DNA of 64,000 nt from the human T2T-CHM13v2.0 reference genome, Homo sapiens, in NCBI RefSeq assembly GCF_009914755.1, contig NC_060942.1. One strand, given 5' to 3'. Positions 13,670-26,469 of the stretch are shown in pieces. The notes beneath the pieces are model-generated. The model was not told the origin of the DNA. It saw only the letters and a list, made by a program, of their open reading frames with translations, and ran no database searches. Positions within the stretch are counted from its first letter, which is position 1; every line of letters starts with the position of its first letter. The position numbers were made by a program, and so were the translations under genes.

Positions 13670-13819
13670 GTCTGCACACTCCCCGCCGTGGCCTTTGCTG
13701 GTCCCCTGCATTCCAGGGCGGTTCTGCATGGGGAGAACCAGCCTGCAACCCATGAGAGGCAAGAGGACCAGTGCTGCCCAGTCCTGTGTTGAGCAAGAAG
13801 ACAGCTTGAGGCTCACGCT

Positions 13820-13940
13820 GTTCATTCACTCGGCAGTTACTTCCTGGGCACCCGCCCGTCACAGGCTAGGCTCCATGCCAGGCTCAGGATGCACCAAGAA
13901 CAAAACGGCTTCCTGGTCTGTGGGGCTTGTACTTCAGCGG
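13820..13940 (-). mobile_element. L2 LINE 3' end fragment
   Basis: TTCATTCACTCGGCAGTTACTTCCTGGGCACC...TGCCAGGCTCAGGATGCA resembles the antisense L2 tail, shifted toward GC. Confidence 0.45.
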
Positions 13941-14130
13941 ATCTCATTAGAGCCCCGTCTTCCATAGCCTAACTCAGTAATCCCATACACAGACAACAAC
14001 AAAATCTGCGAGTATCCACTGAGCGTGAGCTATGTCCAGGGTTTGCAAACTTCATCCCGTCTATCTGGTTATTCCATCAACCGGTACTTACTGGGACCCT
14101 GTCATGCAGCAGCCATATTTGGTTGTTTCA

Positions 14131-14430
14131 TTTATTTATTTTATTTTGAGACGAGGTCTCGCTCTGTCACCCAGACTGGGGTGCAGTGGTGCAATCACAG
14201 CTCACTGCAGCCTTGATCTCCCAGGCTCAAGCGAGATTCCCACTTCAGCCTCATGATTAGCTGGGACCAGAGGTGTGTGCCAACACGCCCGGCTAATTTT
14301 TGTATTTTTTGTAGAGAGGGGGTTTCACCATATTGCCCACTCTGGTCTCAAACTCCTGGGCTCAAGTGATCCTCCCACCTCAGCCTCCCAGGATGCTGGG
14401 ATGACAGGCATGGGCCACCGCATCCGGCCC
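14131..14430 (-). mobile_element. Full-length AluJ
   Basis: T-rich tail, then GAGACGAGGTCTCGCTCTGTCACCCAG...CTCACTGCAGCCTTGATCTCCCAGGCTCAAGCG (J-type)...CATCCGGCC. Confidence 0.95.
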
Positions 14431-16417
14431 ATGCACATTCTTGAAGTTAGGGATACAGAAAAGGACAGCAGAGGCCCAACTCTGAGCCCCACAGACCCAC
14501 TCGTGAACAGACACACAGCAAACACTGAGGAGTAGCTGGTGAGAGGGAGGGCTGATCTAAGGAGCGGTCGAGGAAGCCACCGTAATCACCCTATTTAATA
14601 AATGTGAGAGGTTATGAGTTGTCTAAGGTCACCTCCTGGCATGAGTGCAGCTGAAAGCCAAGGGCAGATGGGCCTGAGTCTGCCATCTTGTCCTCCTGTT
14701 CTCCACAAATGATCCTGTTTCGATTTCAAACCCTTGATGTATCCTCTGGCCCCTTCTAGAACGCCCACCCAACAGGAAGCCTGGTCCGTCCAACCCTGCC
14801 CTTCGTTATGCTATCGCTCTGTGTTCTTGCTGGGTGTGTGTGTGTGAATGTATGAGTGTGATTGAGTGTGAGTGTGTCGCAGGTGTGCAAGCCTTGTGCC
14901 CTCAACAGATTATAAAGGACTAGTCTCTTTTCAAATTTACATAAACACCTTGCGTGTGGCTGCACATGCACTCAATACCAAACTAATCACAATTTGACAA
15001 AGGATAAAGCTGCGCCGAAAAGTGGAATATCTCTATGAATCAATAGCCAAGTTACTGTGGCGGAAGATACCTAAAGAAGTGGCCCTGAGGTTCTCACACA
15101 ACCAGCAAGGCCAAGGCCGCCCATGCACCTCAGTGCCCACCGTGCCACAGGTGCAATCGGAGAGGTGGATGGTGTGAAATGTTTGTTATGTGAGAATGAG
15201 AGGAACGCATCTGACAGGTTCCTGTCCCCAAATAGAGCACACACCCTTCACTCTGGACCTGCACAGGGAATCCTTCTCATCCTTCTTTCTCTCAAACTGT
15301 CCTATGGATAATCTGAAAATTTAGTGAGTTTAGAAATTTAACTCACTTCTCTTTTTTTCCCTTCAGTACCAGGCTGAGAAAGAACCCAGAGGAATTGGAG
15401 AGACCAGGAACGGCTGCAGGCGAAAGAGGTGAATATTCTGCCAAGCTCCCTGGCTGCTGACCTCCAGTGGGCTGATCCAGTTGAGAAACCTGCCTGAGGA
15501 GACATCTCGCTGCCCTGCGTGTGGAGGTCGGGCGAACAGACTGGCTGCCCGTCATGGGCTGCCCACCATGACCTCTCTGCCCCATCCTCCCCACTCCTAG
15601 CCCAAGGAGTATGAAACCTAACGTGAGCTCAGCCGCTGGAGCCTTGCCATCATTTCCCTAAGGGCTCTGCACAGCCCCGTGGCCGAGAAGTCCCACCTGG
15701 GAAGAAGGTTTGGTGGCCTCCAGGAGAGTCTGTGGGTGTCCCTGCCAGGGCCCAGGCCCACCCACCTTCACTCACACTTTCTTTCTGTTTATTGTTTTAC
15801 AGTTTCCATTTTACCTTTCTTACAAGTTACACTATTACTATTTTCTATTAATTTAAATTGACATAAATTTAGCTTTACACTTACATCTACCTTGGATCTT
15901 TCCCAGCTGTTGAAATTATTCTATTTCTTCTTTTTATCACTATTCTGAGCTTATTTTATCTTTTTGCTTTGTACCTTCTAAGTTTTTTGTTCCATTATAT
16001 CTTATTTGCTCTTAACTCTTATTTTGCCTTTTATCTATTTTTATGTTTTCTTTTAGTATTTTTTTCTCAGAATTTCTTTTCACCGTTATTTATTTCATCC
16101 TTATCCTCAGTTTGCCATCCAAGGAATGGCCACAGCCTGTCAATTCTGTTTCTTGAATGCCTCCTGACGTCCTTCCCTGTCCACCCCAGCTTCTGGTGCC
16201 TGCACACACACACACTCACACACACTTCTGTCCTCCATACACTCACACTCATACACGTGTATTCTTACACACCACCCACAGGCACCCTCAGGTCCTTACA
16301 CTCACACTCTCTACCCCTCATGTTTTCTGTCCCCCCCCCACACACACACACCTACACTCACCTACACACACATTTTCTCCCCTCACACTCACACTCTCCA
16401 CCCCCATGCCCTCCTCG

Positions 16418-17535
16418 GCTGGAGCTCCCTCCTTCTCTTCTCAGCCTTTGAACTGGCCTCCTGCCTGGGGCTCCCTCCTTCCCTTCTCAGCCACTGAACT
16501 GGCCTGCTGCCTGGGGCTCCCTCCTTCCCTTCTCAGCCTCTGAACTGGCCTCCTGCCTGGGGCTCCCTCCTTCTCTTCTCAGCCTCTGAACTGGCCTCCT
16601 GCCTGGGGCTCCCTCCTTCTCTTCTCAGCCTCTGAACTGGCCTCCTGCCTGGGGCTCCCACCCTCCTTCCCTCCTCAGCCTTTGAACTGGCCTCCTGCCT
16701 GGGGCTCCCTCCTTCCCTTCTCAGCCTCTGAACTGGCCTCCTGCCTGGTGCTCCCTCATTCCCTTCTCAGCCTCTGAACTGGCCTCCTGCCTGGGGCTCC
16801 CACCCTCCTTCCCTCCTCAGCCTTTGAACTGGCCTCCTGCCTGGGGCTCCCTCCTTCTCTTCTCAGCCTCTGAACTGGCCTCCTGCCTGGTGCTCCCTCC
16901 TTCCCTTCTCAGCCTCTGAACTGGCCTCCTGCCTGGGGCTCCCTCCTTCTCTTCTCAGCCTCTGAACTGGCCTCCTGCCTGGTGCTCCCTCCTTCCCTTC
17001 TCAGCCTTTGAACTGGCCTCCTGCCTGGGGCTCCCTCCTTCCCTTCTCAGCCTCTGAACTGGCCTCCTGCCTGGGGCTCCCTCCTTCTCTTCTCAGCCTC
17101 TGAACTGGCCTCCTGCCTGGTGCTCCCTCCTTCTCTTCTCAGCCTCTGAACTGGCCTCCTGCCTGGTGCTCCCTCCTTCTCTTCTCAGCCTCTGAACTGG
17201 CCTCCTGCCTGGTGCTCCCTCCTTCTCTTCTCAGCCTCTGAACTGGCCTCCTGCCTGGAGCTCCCCCCTTCCCTTCTCAGCCTCTGAACTGGCCTCCTGC
17301 CTGGGGCTCCCTCCTTCCCTTCTCAGCCTCTGAACTGGCCTCCTGCCTGGGGCTCCCTCCTTCCCTTCTCAGCCTTTGAACTGGCCTCCTGCCTGGGGCT
17401 CCCTCCCTCCTTCCCTTCTCAGCCTCTGAACTGGCCTCCTGCCTGGGGTTCCCTTCTTCTCTTCTCAGCCTTTGAACTGGCCTCCTGCCTGGGGCTCCCT
17501 TCTTCTCTTCTCAGCCTCTGAACTGGCCTCCTGCC
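16418..17535. repeat. Pyrimidine-rich minisatellite, ~24 x 46 bp (CTCCCTCCTTCTCTTCTCAGCCTCTGAACTGGCCTCCTGCCTGGGG)
   Basis: Direct tandem repeat with a few 50-bp variant units. Confidence 0.97.
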
Positions 17536-18029
17536 CCTGCTTTGCTGACTTGCTCGACCTTTCCTGGGTCAGGGTCCTCAGAGCTCTGCGTCTCCCACTC
17601 CTGGTCCCAGCTCACGGACACTGTTTAGGGCCCAGGAATCCTGTACTTCCAGTCATCCATTCTCATTGTGTAAGGCGTCACACTCAGCTTCAAACGCTGC
17701 ACGTGGAAGGTTGTGTTGGGTCAGGGGAGTGTGGATGTCAGGAGAGGAGTCCAGTGCTACCTGGCCAGAGGGAAGTGGGTTAGGAACAGATTCTAGGAGT
17801 TCGAGGCTTTAGCTAAGCCAGGAAGGTGAGAGGGACGGCACCCCTGCAGTGCTGTGCTGGGTCCTGGGCATCAGGTCCCAATGTTAAAGGCAATTAGAAA
17901 ACTAAGACAAGCACACACCTTTATAATTGAGACCTGTTTAGAAATTAGTACAACTGTAATGAAGGGAAAGATTGGGGTGCTGTCAATTCGACTTCCATTA
18001 AACGTTGATTTGAATTCTCTGTGATATCA

Positions 18030-18130
18030 TTATATCAATTTTACAGACAGAAACAGACTCACAGAGAAGTGCCCTGCTCCGAGCCCTACAGCAGGGGCCA
18101 CAGCAGTGCTCAGAGCCAACCCGGCACCCT
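18030..18130 (-). mobile_element. MIR fragment
   Basis: CAATTTTACAGACAGAAACAGACTCACAGAGAAGT resembles the antisense MIR core. Confidence 0.5.
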
Positions 18131-18374
18131 CTCCCCAGCCGGAGCCCCCACGACACAAGCACTTTTCCTCGCTGCCGTTTCAGACTGGTGTAACCTTCAT
18201 TTGATTCATCTTAAATCTACAACCGTTTTTAAAATTTCATCTTATCTCATTTATCCATGATTAATTATTTAAAAACATATTTAAAGACATAGGTAAGGTG
18301 CCAGAAAGAAAGAATAAGGCAGCTTTGTCGTTTAAAAAACTTGTCTTACAATTTCTCTGCTTTGTAAGGGTTAT

Positions 18375-18810
18375 CGTGATGGTGAATTTTATGTGTCAAC
18401 TTGGCTAGGCCGTGGTACCTCAGTATTCCCTCAAACTTCGTTCTAGATGTTGCTCTGAAGGCATTTTTTGGATGGGATTGGCGTTTAAACCAATAGACTT
18501 TGAGCAACGTCGATCACGCCTCAGAATGTGGTGGGCCTCATCCAATCAGTTGAAGGACTTAAAAAGAGCAAAGACTGAGGTCCTCCAGGAAGAGGGTGCT
18601 CTGCCAGCAAACAGCCTGCAGACTCGAGCTGCAATGCCAGTGCTTCCTCGGGTGTCCAGCCTGCCCACCAGCACTGCAGGTTTCAGAACTGCCCGTCCCC
18701 ACAATCGTGTAAGTCAACCCCTTAAAATTATTTCTCTCTCTCTCTCTCTCTCCTCTCCATACATACACATCCTATTGGTTCAGCTTCTCTGGACAGCCTT
18801 AGCTAACACA
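18375..18810 (+). mobile_element. MLT2 (ERVL) solo LTR, MLT2C-like, with 5-bp target-site duplication (TSD) GTTAT
   Basis: Starts CGTGATGGTGAATTTTATGTGTCAACTTGGCTAGGC, contains GGTGGGCCTCATCCAATCAGTTGAAGG, ends CCTATTGGTTC...CTAACACA; GTTAT at 18370-18374 and 18811-18815. Confidence 0.93.
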
Positions 18811-19546
18811 GTTATAGCTTTAAGGTTCTTGTAAAACAGTCATGCTTCTAGCATTTGAACCAAACTAAACCAAATCAAAAGTACAAAACAATAAATTTGA
18901 GATCAAAATGTAAAAACATTATACCTGTTACATTGTCTCAGCATTCCTTCTTTTACATTTTTAAAGAAGAAAGTAAAATATAGACACAATATTTGATTGT
19001 GCCAATCATACATCATTTGTGAGATTATAACTTTTGGACTAGAAACTTCTAAGTTTCCATTCAAAGTTAACATTCTAAGTTCTGTGACTTATCGGGTTTA
19101 GGTATTAAGCAGTGTGGATCAGTAGAATTTTTTGAAAAGAGTGATTTCTTTGGCAGATTTTTCCCCTTCTAGACATGAATTCAGAAGCTCATTAAGAGTA
19201 ATAATAAATAAAATGATAAAAACATTAAACAGCTTGACGACTGCAAATCCCGTAGCGTGTATGTATTTACTTATGCATCATTCTGCCTCCCCCTCTGAAA
19301 AAAAGATTTAAGGCAACTAGCAAAGATGCATGCAGCACGCTAATATGAAATAAAACGCAAAAGGCTGTGGGAAAAGGGGCAGAGGTGGCATCACATAGCG
19401 CAGCATGCAGCGAGGAGTGAAGCTGGGAAAGGCGACGCGGTTGTGTGTGATTCGGGTCCATCCACAGCCACCCCCGGAGGTGAGTGGGGCTGCTGACATG
19501 CAGGCGGCCCATGACAGAGGAAGCACGTGCAAAGCGCATCTGCAAG

Positions 19547-20471
19547 GAGCTGCCCATTCATACACGAAGCTAGACGTAGTTAGAGAATAATCCAGAGTAA
19601 TCCAGAGCTGCGCATTCATACACGACGCTAGACATAGCTAGAGAATAATCCAGAGTAATCCAGAGCTGCGCATTCATACACGACGCTAGACATAGCTAGA
19701 GAATAATCCAGAGTAATCCAGAGCTGCACGTTCATACACGATGCTAGACGTAGCTAGAGAATAATCCAGAGTAATCCAGAGCTGCGCATTCATACACGAC
19801 GCTAGACATAGCTAGAGAATAATCCAGAGTAATCCAGAGCTGCACGTTCATACACGATGCTAGACGTAGCTAGAGAATAATCCAGAGTAATCCAGAGCTG
19901 CACATTCATACACGACGCTAGACATAGCTAGAGAATAATCCAGAGTAATCCAGAGCTGCGCGTTCATACACGACGCTAGACATAGCTAGAGAATAATCCA
20001 GAGTAATCCAGAGCTGCGCATTCATACACGAAGCTAGACGTAGCTAGAGAATAATCCAGAGTAATCCAGAGCTGCGCGTTCATACACGACGCTAGACGTA
20101 GCTAGAGAATAATCCAGAGTAATCCAGAGCTGCGCGTTCATACACGATGCTAGACATAGCTAGAGAATAATCCAGAGTAATCCAGAGCTGCGCGTTCATA
20201 CACGATGCTAGACATAGCTAGAGAATAATCCAGAGTAATCCAGAGCTGCGCATTCATACACGAAGCTAGACGTAGCTAGAGAATAATCCAGGGTAATCCA
20301 GAGCTGCGCGTTCATACACGACGCTAGACGTAGCTAGAGAATAATCCAGAGTAATCCAGAGCTGCGCGTTCATACACGACGCTAGACGTAGCTAGAGAAT
20401 AATCCAGAGTAATCCAGAGCTGCGCGTTCATACACGATGCTAGACATAGCTAGAGAATAATCCAGAGTAAT
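19547..20471. repeat. Minisatellite, 16 x 58 bp (GAGCTGCGCATTCATACACGACGCTAGACATAGCTAGAGAATAATCCAGAGTAATCCA)
   Basis: GAATAATCC recurs at an exact 58-bp period from 19585 to 20455 with no indels. Confidence 0.98.
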
Positions 20472-21199
20472 GCAGGATCTCATGGTCATCACCACAACCC
20501 AGATGATAAATGAACATTCAGGCATCTGAGAAATGCCCAGGGCCACACAACTGACAATGCAGGGCCAGGACTGAAGAAAAGGAGAGGAAATATGGGGGAG
20601 GGGGCAACCCCCAAATATAAAAACAAGAAGGGCCTTTTATGAGGTTCAGAAATCAGCTAAATTCCCGGACACAGTCCCCAGCTGGTTAGCGACAGGCACC
20701 CGAGTACAAAGGTGCCCGTAGGACTGGGAGCTCTGGCTCTCCAAACCAGTGTGGCCTGTGTCTGATTTGTTACAAGGACCAGCACCTACATTCTGAGCAA
20801 CAATGACATGAAGCCCTCCTTCCCATGGGGCTGTAGCCTCTCCCTCACACCGCACCCCGTGTCCCGTGCCCCCGGGCAAATCTCTTTCCTAAAATCTCCA
20901 AAGGACTCCCCTCCACTCAGTGCTAAGCAGACCCCTTCTGTCCCCAGGCACAGCTGTCACTCATCAGACTCTTTTGGAAGCTTTGTCCTTGAAGATGATC
21001 ATCGCTGATCGATCAGCATGAGCTCTGATATTGAATGATTTCCAGATAATATTGTAAGTCACACGGACAGTTTGTTGGAAGCCTGAAGGGAATCCTCTTT
21101 CCATGACAAAGACTAAAAAACATTTCCCTTCAGATGTTTCGCATTTGCTTTAAAAAAAAAAAAAGCTATTAAAAAACCCGTAAAATCATCTGAGAGAGG

Positions 21200-21385
21200 C
21201 AGCAGCCAGGGTAGTTTGATAAAAGCAGGTGTTCACATCCAGAAATCCGATCCCTGACCTTCACCTGCCCCTGAAAACTTGAACTTCGTGTCCTGAATTT
21301 CTGTAAGCCTCAGTTTCTTCAGCCATGAAATGGAAATGCTAACTGGAAATTCTGTGGTGTGGATTAAAAATGTTATACATAAAGG
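21200..21385 (+). mobile_element. MIR fragment
   Basis: AGCCTCAGTTTCTTCAGCCATGAAATGG...GTGTGGATTAAA matches the MIR core. Confidence 0.65.
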
Positions 21386-21815
21386 TACACACATATATGT
21401 ATACACACGTATACATGTACACACATGTATATATGCACTCATGTGTAGACAGGTAGACATATACGTGCACATGTGCACATATGTATGCACACAGTACATG
21501 TGTGTGCACATGTGTGCTTATGTATGCATATATGTGTACTCTTGCTTACACAAATATATGCACATGTGTGTACACTCACATATGTACGCCACATGCATGG
21601 ACACACATGTGTACACAGGCACACACCTATGCACACGCGTACTTGCACATATGTGTGCACGTGTACACAGACACACATGTGTACACATATATGTATGTGC
21701 ACACAGACACATATATGCATATATGTACACAGACATTATTATCTGTGTGCACGCGTGTGTACATGTATGTACACATATGTATACGTGCATGCATAAAACA
21801 CATATAGACACGTAG
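21385..21815. repeat. Low-complexity alternating purine-pyrimidine tract (TA/CA/TG mix)
   Basis: TACACACATATATGTATACACACGT... for ~430 bp. Confidence 0.9.
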
Positions 21816-22376
21816 CTTCTATTTTTATTATGTGCATATAAAGCAAAGCTCTAACTTGTGAGAATCAACTGCATGCGTTTAAGATGCTCTTTGCATATTA
21901 ATTGGGGTAATTTCATAATTGGCCATATTTACATATTTACAGTCATGAACAGTAGAAGTGCATCATTGCCTCATTTAACATTAGCAGTTAAGAGTGGTTA
22001 AAAACTTCATGTATTCACAAATATTTTGCAAAGTTTGTATCTATAGGCCTGCGACAGCACATCAAAACATACTTCAAAGTTCTATGCCAAAGAAATTGCC
22101 TTTACCTATACTGAGAATGGTGCAGTGTGTGATTCACATGCTTTTGCCACGTGTATTTTCTAAGTTCGTCACTTCATAGCCTGTGGCATGTTTAGAAGCA
22201 TCACAGAATAGAGTTTCCTGGCATTAGAATTTATGAAAGATTATAGATTTTAAAGGATGATGTAGGTCTACTCAGAAATGTCCACTCACATCGCTAAGAA
22301 AAACCAAATGTTTATTAAAAGTGTGAACTGTTACAAGCAGAACATTGCAGAAAAGAAATCTTGTACTTATCTCTAG

Positions 22377-22706
22377 TGGGGACCAGCTGACACCTTCTGT
22401 AAAGGACCAGACTGGAAATCGCTTTGTCTGGGAGAGCCAACCCCGGCGCTGGAACTACGCAAGTCTGCCTTTGCACAAAGCCGCAGAGACGCGCGAGTCA
22501 GGAGTGTGGCTCTGCCCCCATAAAACCTCGTTCATGGACGCTGGAATTCCAGCTTTGCGGAATTTTCACACGTCAAGGAGTGTGATGCTTCTTTTGATTG
22601 TATTCATTTATTTTAAAATGTGGAACCATTCTTAGCTCACGGAAAATACAAAACCCACACAAAATCAGCTGGGTTGGACCAAAGGCCTATGTTCACCAGC
22701 CATTGT
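22377..22706 (+). mobile_element. MER58B-like hAT-Charlie non-autonomous DNA transposon
   Basis: TTCTGTAAAGGACCAGA, GTGTGGCT..ATAAAAC..TTCATGGACGCTG, CTTCTTTTGATT and ACCATTCTTAGCTCACGG follow the consensus order; flanked by TCTAG-containing targets typical of Charlie elements. Confidence 0.8.
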
Positions 22707-23184
22707 TCTAGAGGATTATATAACATGGTCAGATTCTACATAATATTCCTTTTTCACATTTTCATGAGAAAAAATATCAATTTATAAATAAATCATTTTA
22801 GGTGGTGCGGGCCCATGGCACCCCATAGTCTGGCACTCACGTCACCGGTCACCATCAGCGCCCCCTCCCAGTGGGGCCCTGGTGGGATGGCCACCTGAAA
22901 GGCAGGCCTCCATCTCGGCTGGCAGCGCTCACCTCCAACTCCGAAAGCCTTTTGCATGGTCTCAGTTAATACTGGAAACTATTGAGAAAGCTTTGCTGAA
23001 ATGTGTTGAGTTTCCAGAACAATTTAATAACTGGAGTATTAACTAGAAGTAGGAAGATCAAACATTAGACAGAAAATATAAAATGAATTAGATTAAAATT
23101 TAATTGTGTGGAGCAAAGTTCAATATTTTATGAAATGAACTGAAAATGCAATGAACAGTCAGGTCTTTTCAGACTATACGTTTG

Positions 23185-25825
23185 TGCTTGTGAGTTCTGT
23201 CTCTCTGTGAGTGTGAGTTCATGCCTATGCATGTGTGAGTTCATGTCTGTGCATGTGCATTCATGTCTGTGAGTGTGAGCTCATATCCATCTGAGTTCAT
23301 ATCTGTGAGTGTGCATTCATGCCTGTGTGAGCTCATGTCTGTGTGAGTTCATATCTATGAGTGTGCATTCATGCCTGTAGGAACGCATGTCTGTGTGTGT
23401 GAGTTCATGTCTATGTGTGAGTGTGCATTCATGTCTATGTGAGTGTGAGCTCATATCCATCTGTGTGAGTTCATATCTGTGAGTGTGCATTCATGCCTGT
23501 GTGAGCTCATGTCTGTGTGTGAGTTCATATCTGAGTGTGCATTCATGCCTGTAGGAACACGTCTGTGTGTGTGAGTTCATGTCTATGTGTGAGTGTGCAT
23601 TCATGTCTATGTGAGTGTGAGTTCATATCCATCTGTGTGAGTTCATATCTGTGAGTGTGCATTCATGCCTGTAGGAACGCATGTCTGTGTGTGTGAGTTC
23701 ATGTCTATGTGTGAGTGTGCATTCATGTCTATGTGAGTGTGAGTTCATATCCATCTGTGTGAGTTCGTATCTGTGAGTGTGCATTCATGCCTGTAGGAAC
23801 ACATGTCTGTGTGTGTGAGTTCATGTCTATGTGTGAGTGTGCATTCATGTCTATGTGAGTGTGAGTTCATATCCATCTGTGTGAGTTCATATCTGTGAGT
23901 GTGCATTCATGCCTGTGTGAGCTCATGTCTGTGTGTGAGTTCATATCTGTGAGTGTGCATTCATGCCTGTGTGAACGCATGTCTGTGTGTGAGTTCATGT
24001 CTATGAGTGTGCATTCATGTCTATGTGAGTGTGAGTTCATATCCATCTGTGTGAGTTCATATCTGTGAGTGTGCATTCATGCCTGTGTGAGCTCATGTCC
24101 ATCTGTGAGTGTGAGTTCATATCTGTGAGTGTGCATTCATGCCTGTGTGAGCTCATGTCTGTGTGAGTTCATATCTATGAGTGTGCATTCATGCCTGTAG
24201 GAACGCATGTCTGTGTGTGTGAGTTCATGTCTATGTGAGTGTGCATTCATGTCTATGTGAGTGTGAGTTCATATCCATCTGTGTGAGTTCATATCTGTGA
24301 GTGTGCATTCATGCCTGTGTGAACGCATGTCTGTGTGTGAGTTCATGTCTATGTGTGCATTCATGTCTATGTGAGTGTGAGCTCATGTCCATCTGTGTGA
24401 GTTCATATCTGTGAGTGTGCATTCATGCCTGTGTGAATGCATGTCTGTGTGTGTGAGTTCATGTCTATGTGTGAGTGTGCATTCATGTCTATGTGAGTGT
24501 GAGCTCATGTCCATCTGTGTGAGTTCATATCTGTGAGTGTGCACTCATGCTTGTGTGAACGCATGTCTGTGTGTGTGAGTTCATGTCTATGTGTGTGTGC
24601 ATTCATGTCTATGTGAGTGTGAGCTCATATCCATCTGTGAGTTCATATCTGTGAGTGTGCATTCATGCCTGTGTGAGCTCATGTTTGTGTGTGAGTTCAT
24701 ATCTATGAGTGTGCATTCATGCCTGTAGGAACGCATGTCTGTGTGTGTGAGTTCATGTCTATGTGTGAGTGTGCATTCATGTCTATGTGAGTGTGAGCTC
24801 ATATCCATCTGTGTGAGTTCATATCTGTGAGTGTGCATTCATGCCTGTGTGAGCTCATGTCTGTGTGAGTTCATATCTATGAGTGTGCATTCATGCCTGT
24901 AGGAACGCATGTCTGTGTGTGTGAGTTCATGTCTATGTGTGAGTGTGCATTCATGTCTATGTGAGTGTGAGCTCATATCCATCTGTGTGAGTTCATATCT
25001 GTGAGTGTGCATTCATGCCTGTGTGAGCTCATGTCTGTGTGTGAGTTCATATCTATGAGTGTGCATTCATGCCTGTAGGAACGCATGTCTGTGTGTGTGG
25101 GTTCATGTCTATGTGAGTGTGAGTTCATATCCATCTGTGTGAGTTCATATCTGTGAGTGTGCATTCATGCCTGTGTGAGCTCATGTCTGTGTGTGTGAGT
25201 TCATGTCTATGTGTGAGTGTGCATTCATGTCTGTGAGTGTGAGCTCATATCCATCTGTGTGAGTTCATATCTGTGAGTGTGCATTCATGCCTGTGTGAGC
25301 TCATGTCTGTGTGTGAGTTCATATCTGTGTGTGCATTCATGCCTGTGTGAACGCATGTCTGTGTGTGTGAGTTCATGTCTATGTGTGAGTGTGCATTCAT
25401 GTCTATGTGAGTGTGAGCTCATATCCATCTGTGTGAGTTCATATCTGTGACTGTGCATTCATGCCTTATGAACGCATGTCTGTGTTCATGTCTATGTGTG
25501 AGTGCGCATTCATGTCTATGTGAGTGTGAGTTCATATCTGTGTGAGTTCATATCTGTGAGTGTGCATTCATGCCTGTGTGAGCTCATGTCTGTGTGTGAG
25601 TTCATATCTGTGAGTGTGCATTCATGCCTGTGTGAGCTCATGTCTGTGTGTGAGTTCATATCTGTGAGTGTGCATTCATGCCTGTGTGAGCTCATGTCTG
25701 TGTGTGAGTTCATATCTGTGAGTGTGCATTCATGCCTGTGTGAACGCATGTCTGTGTGTGTGTGAGTTCAGTTCTGTGCATGTGCATTCATGTCTATGTG
25801 AGTGTGAGCTCATGTCCATCTGTAC
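23185..25825. repeat. 2.6-kb compound TG-rich minisatellite with higher-order structure
   Basis: Monomers of 16-24 bp (GTGTGAGTTCATATCT, GTGTGCATTCATGCCT, GTAGGAACGCATGTCT and others) arranged in 122-bp and 54-bp cassettes. Confidence 0.95.
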
Positions 25826-26280
25826 GTTTCAATTCGTGTGTCTGTCCATACGTGTGGCTTTTTCCAGGTTATATCTCATCAACTTGTTCCATGGTTGAAA
25901 GTGTGATTTGAAAGCAGAACAAATGTGTCATGCAATTTTTTTTTCTAAATAAACAGGAAAATGCATAAAAGAAAACAGAGGGCAGGCTGGCACCAGCAAC
26001 TAGGTGACGTGGAGGGACACCTTGTCCTTACGAGGAAAATCAAAGCCGGCTCCAGCCGGGTGTCCTGCTCTCTGCTGGGGCTGAGCTGTGCAGCTCCCTG
26101 GCTCCGTGGTGCTTCCTGGGGTGGGTTGGAGCTGCTGGCCTCTCTGTTTCTACCGTCTCACCCTCTCAGAGCTTCCGGGCTCTTTTCTTTGAAATAATAT
26201 GGGTAATTATCAGAAATAATTCTCACAGGCTGCACTCCTCAACACATTGTTCACATGGCAGCGTTCCACGGGCACCCAGC

Positions 26281-26467
26281 ACCACCGCGTTGGTCATTGT
26301 AACGGGATGGGCTGCACCCCGCGTTGGTCAACGGCACGGGATGGGCTGCACCCCGCGTTGGTCAACGGCACGGGATGGGCTGCACCCCGCGTTGGTCAAC
26401 GGCACGGGATGGGCTGCACCACCGCGTTGGTCATTGTAATGGGATGGGCTGCACCCCGCGTTGGTCG
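26281..26467. repeat. CpG-rich minisatellite, ~5.5 x 34-35 bp (ACCCCGCGTTGGTCAACGGCACGGGATGGGCTGC)
   Basis: Direct tandem repeat abutting the L1 fragment. Confidence 0.95.
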
Positions 26468-26469
26468 TC

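Noticed and set aside
19468-19485. Possible 12-nt micro-exon CAG|CCACCCCCGGAG|GTGAGT
   Set aside because: No polypyrimidine tract and no host gene evidence; likely chance
19547-20471. CRISPR-like appearance of this and the other regular arrays
   Set aside because: Units are contiguous with no unique spacers, no cas genes are present, and the DNA is primate
21233-21815. Cys/His-rich ORFs resembling metal-binding proteins (also at 23867-25765)
   Set aside because: Artefact of CA/TG low-complexity sequence
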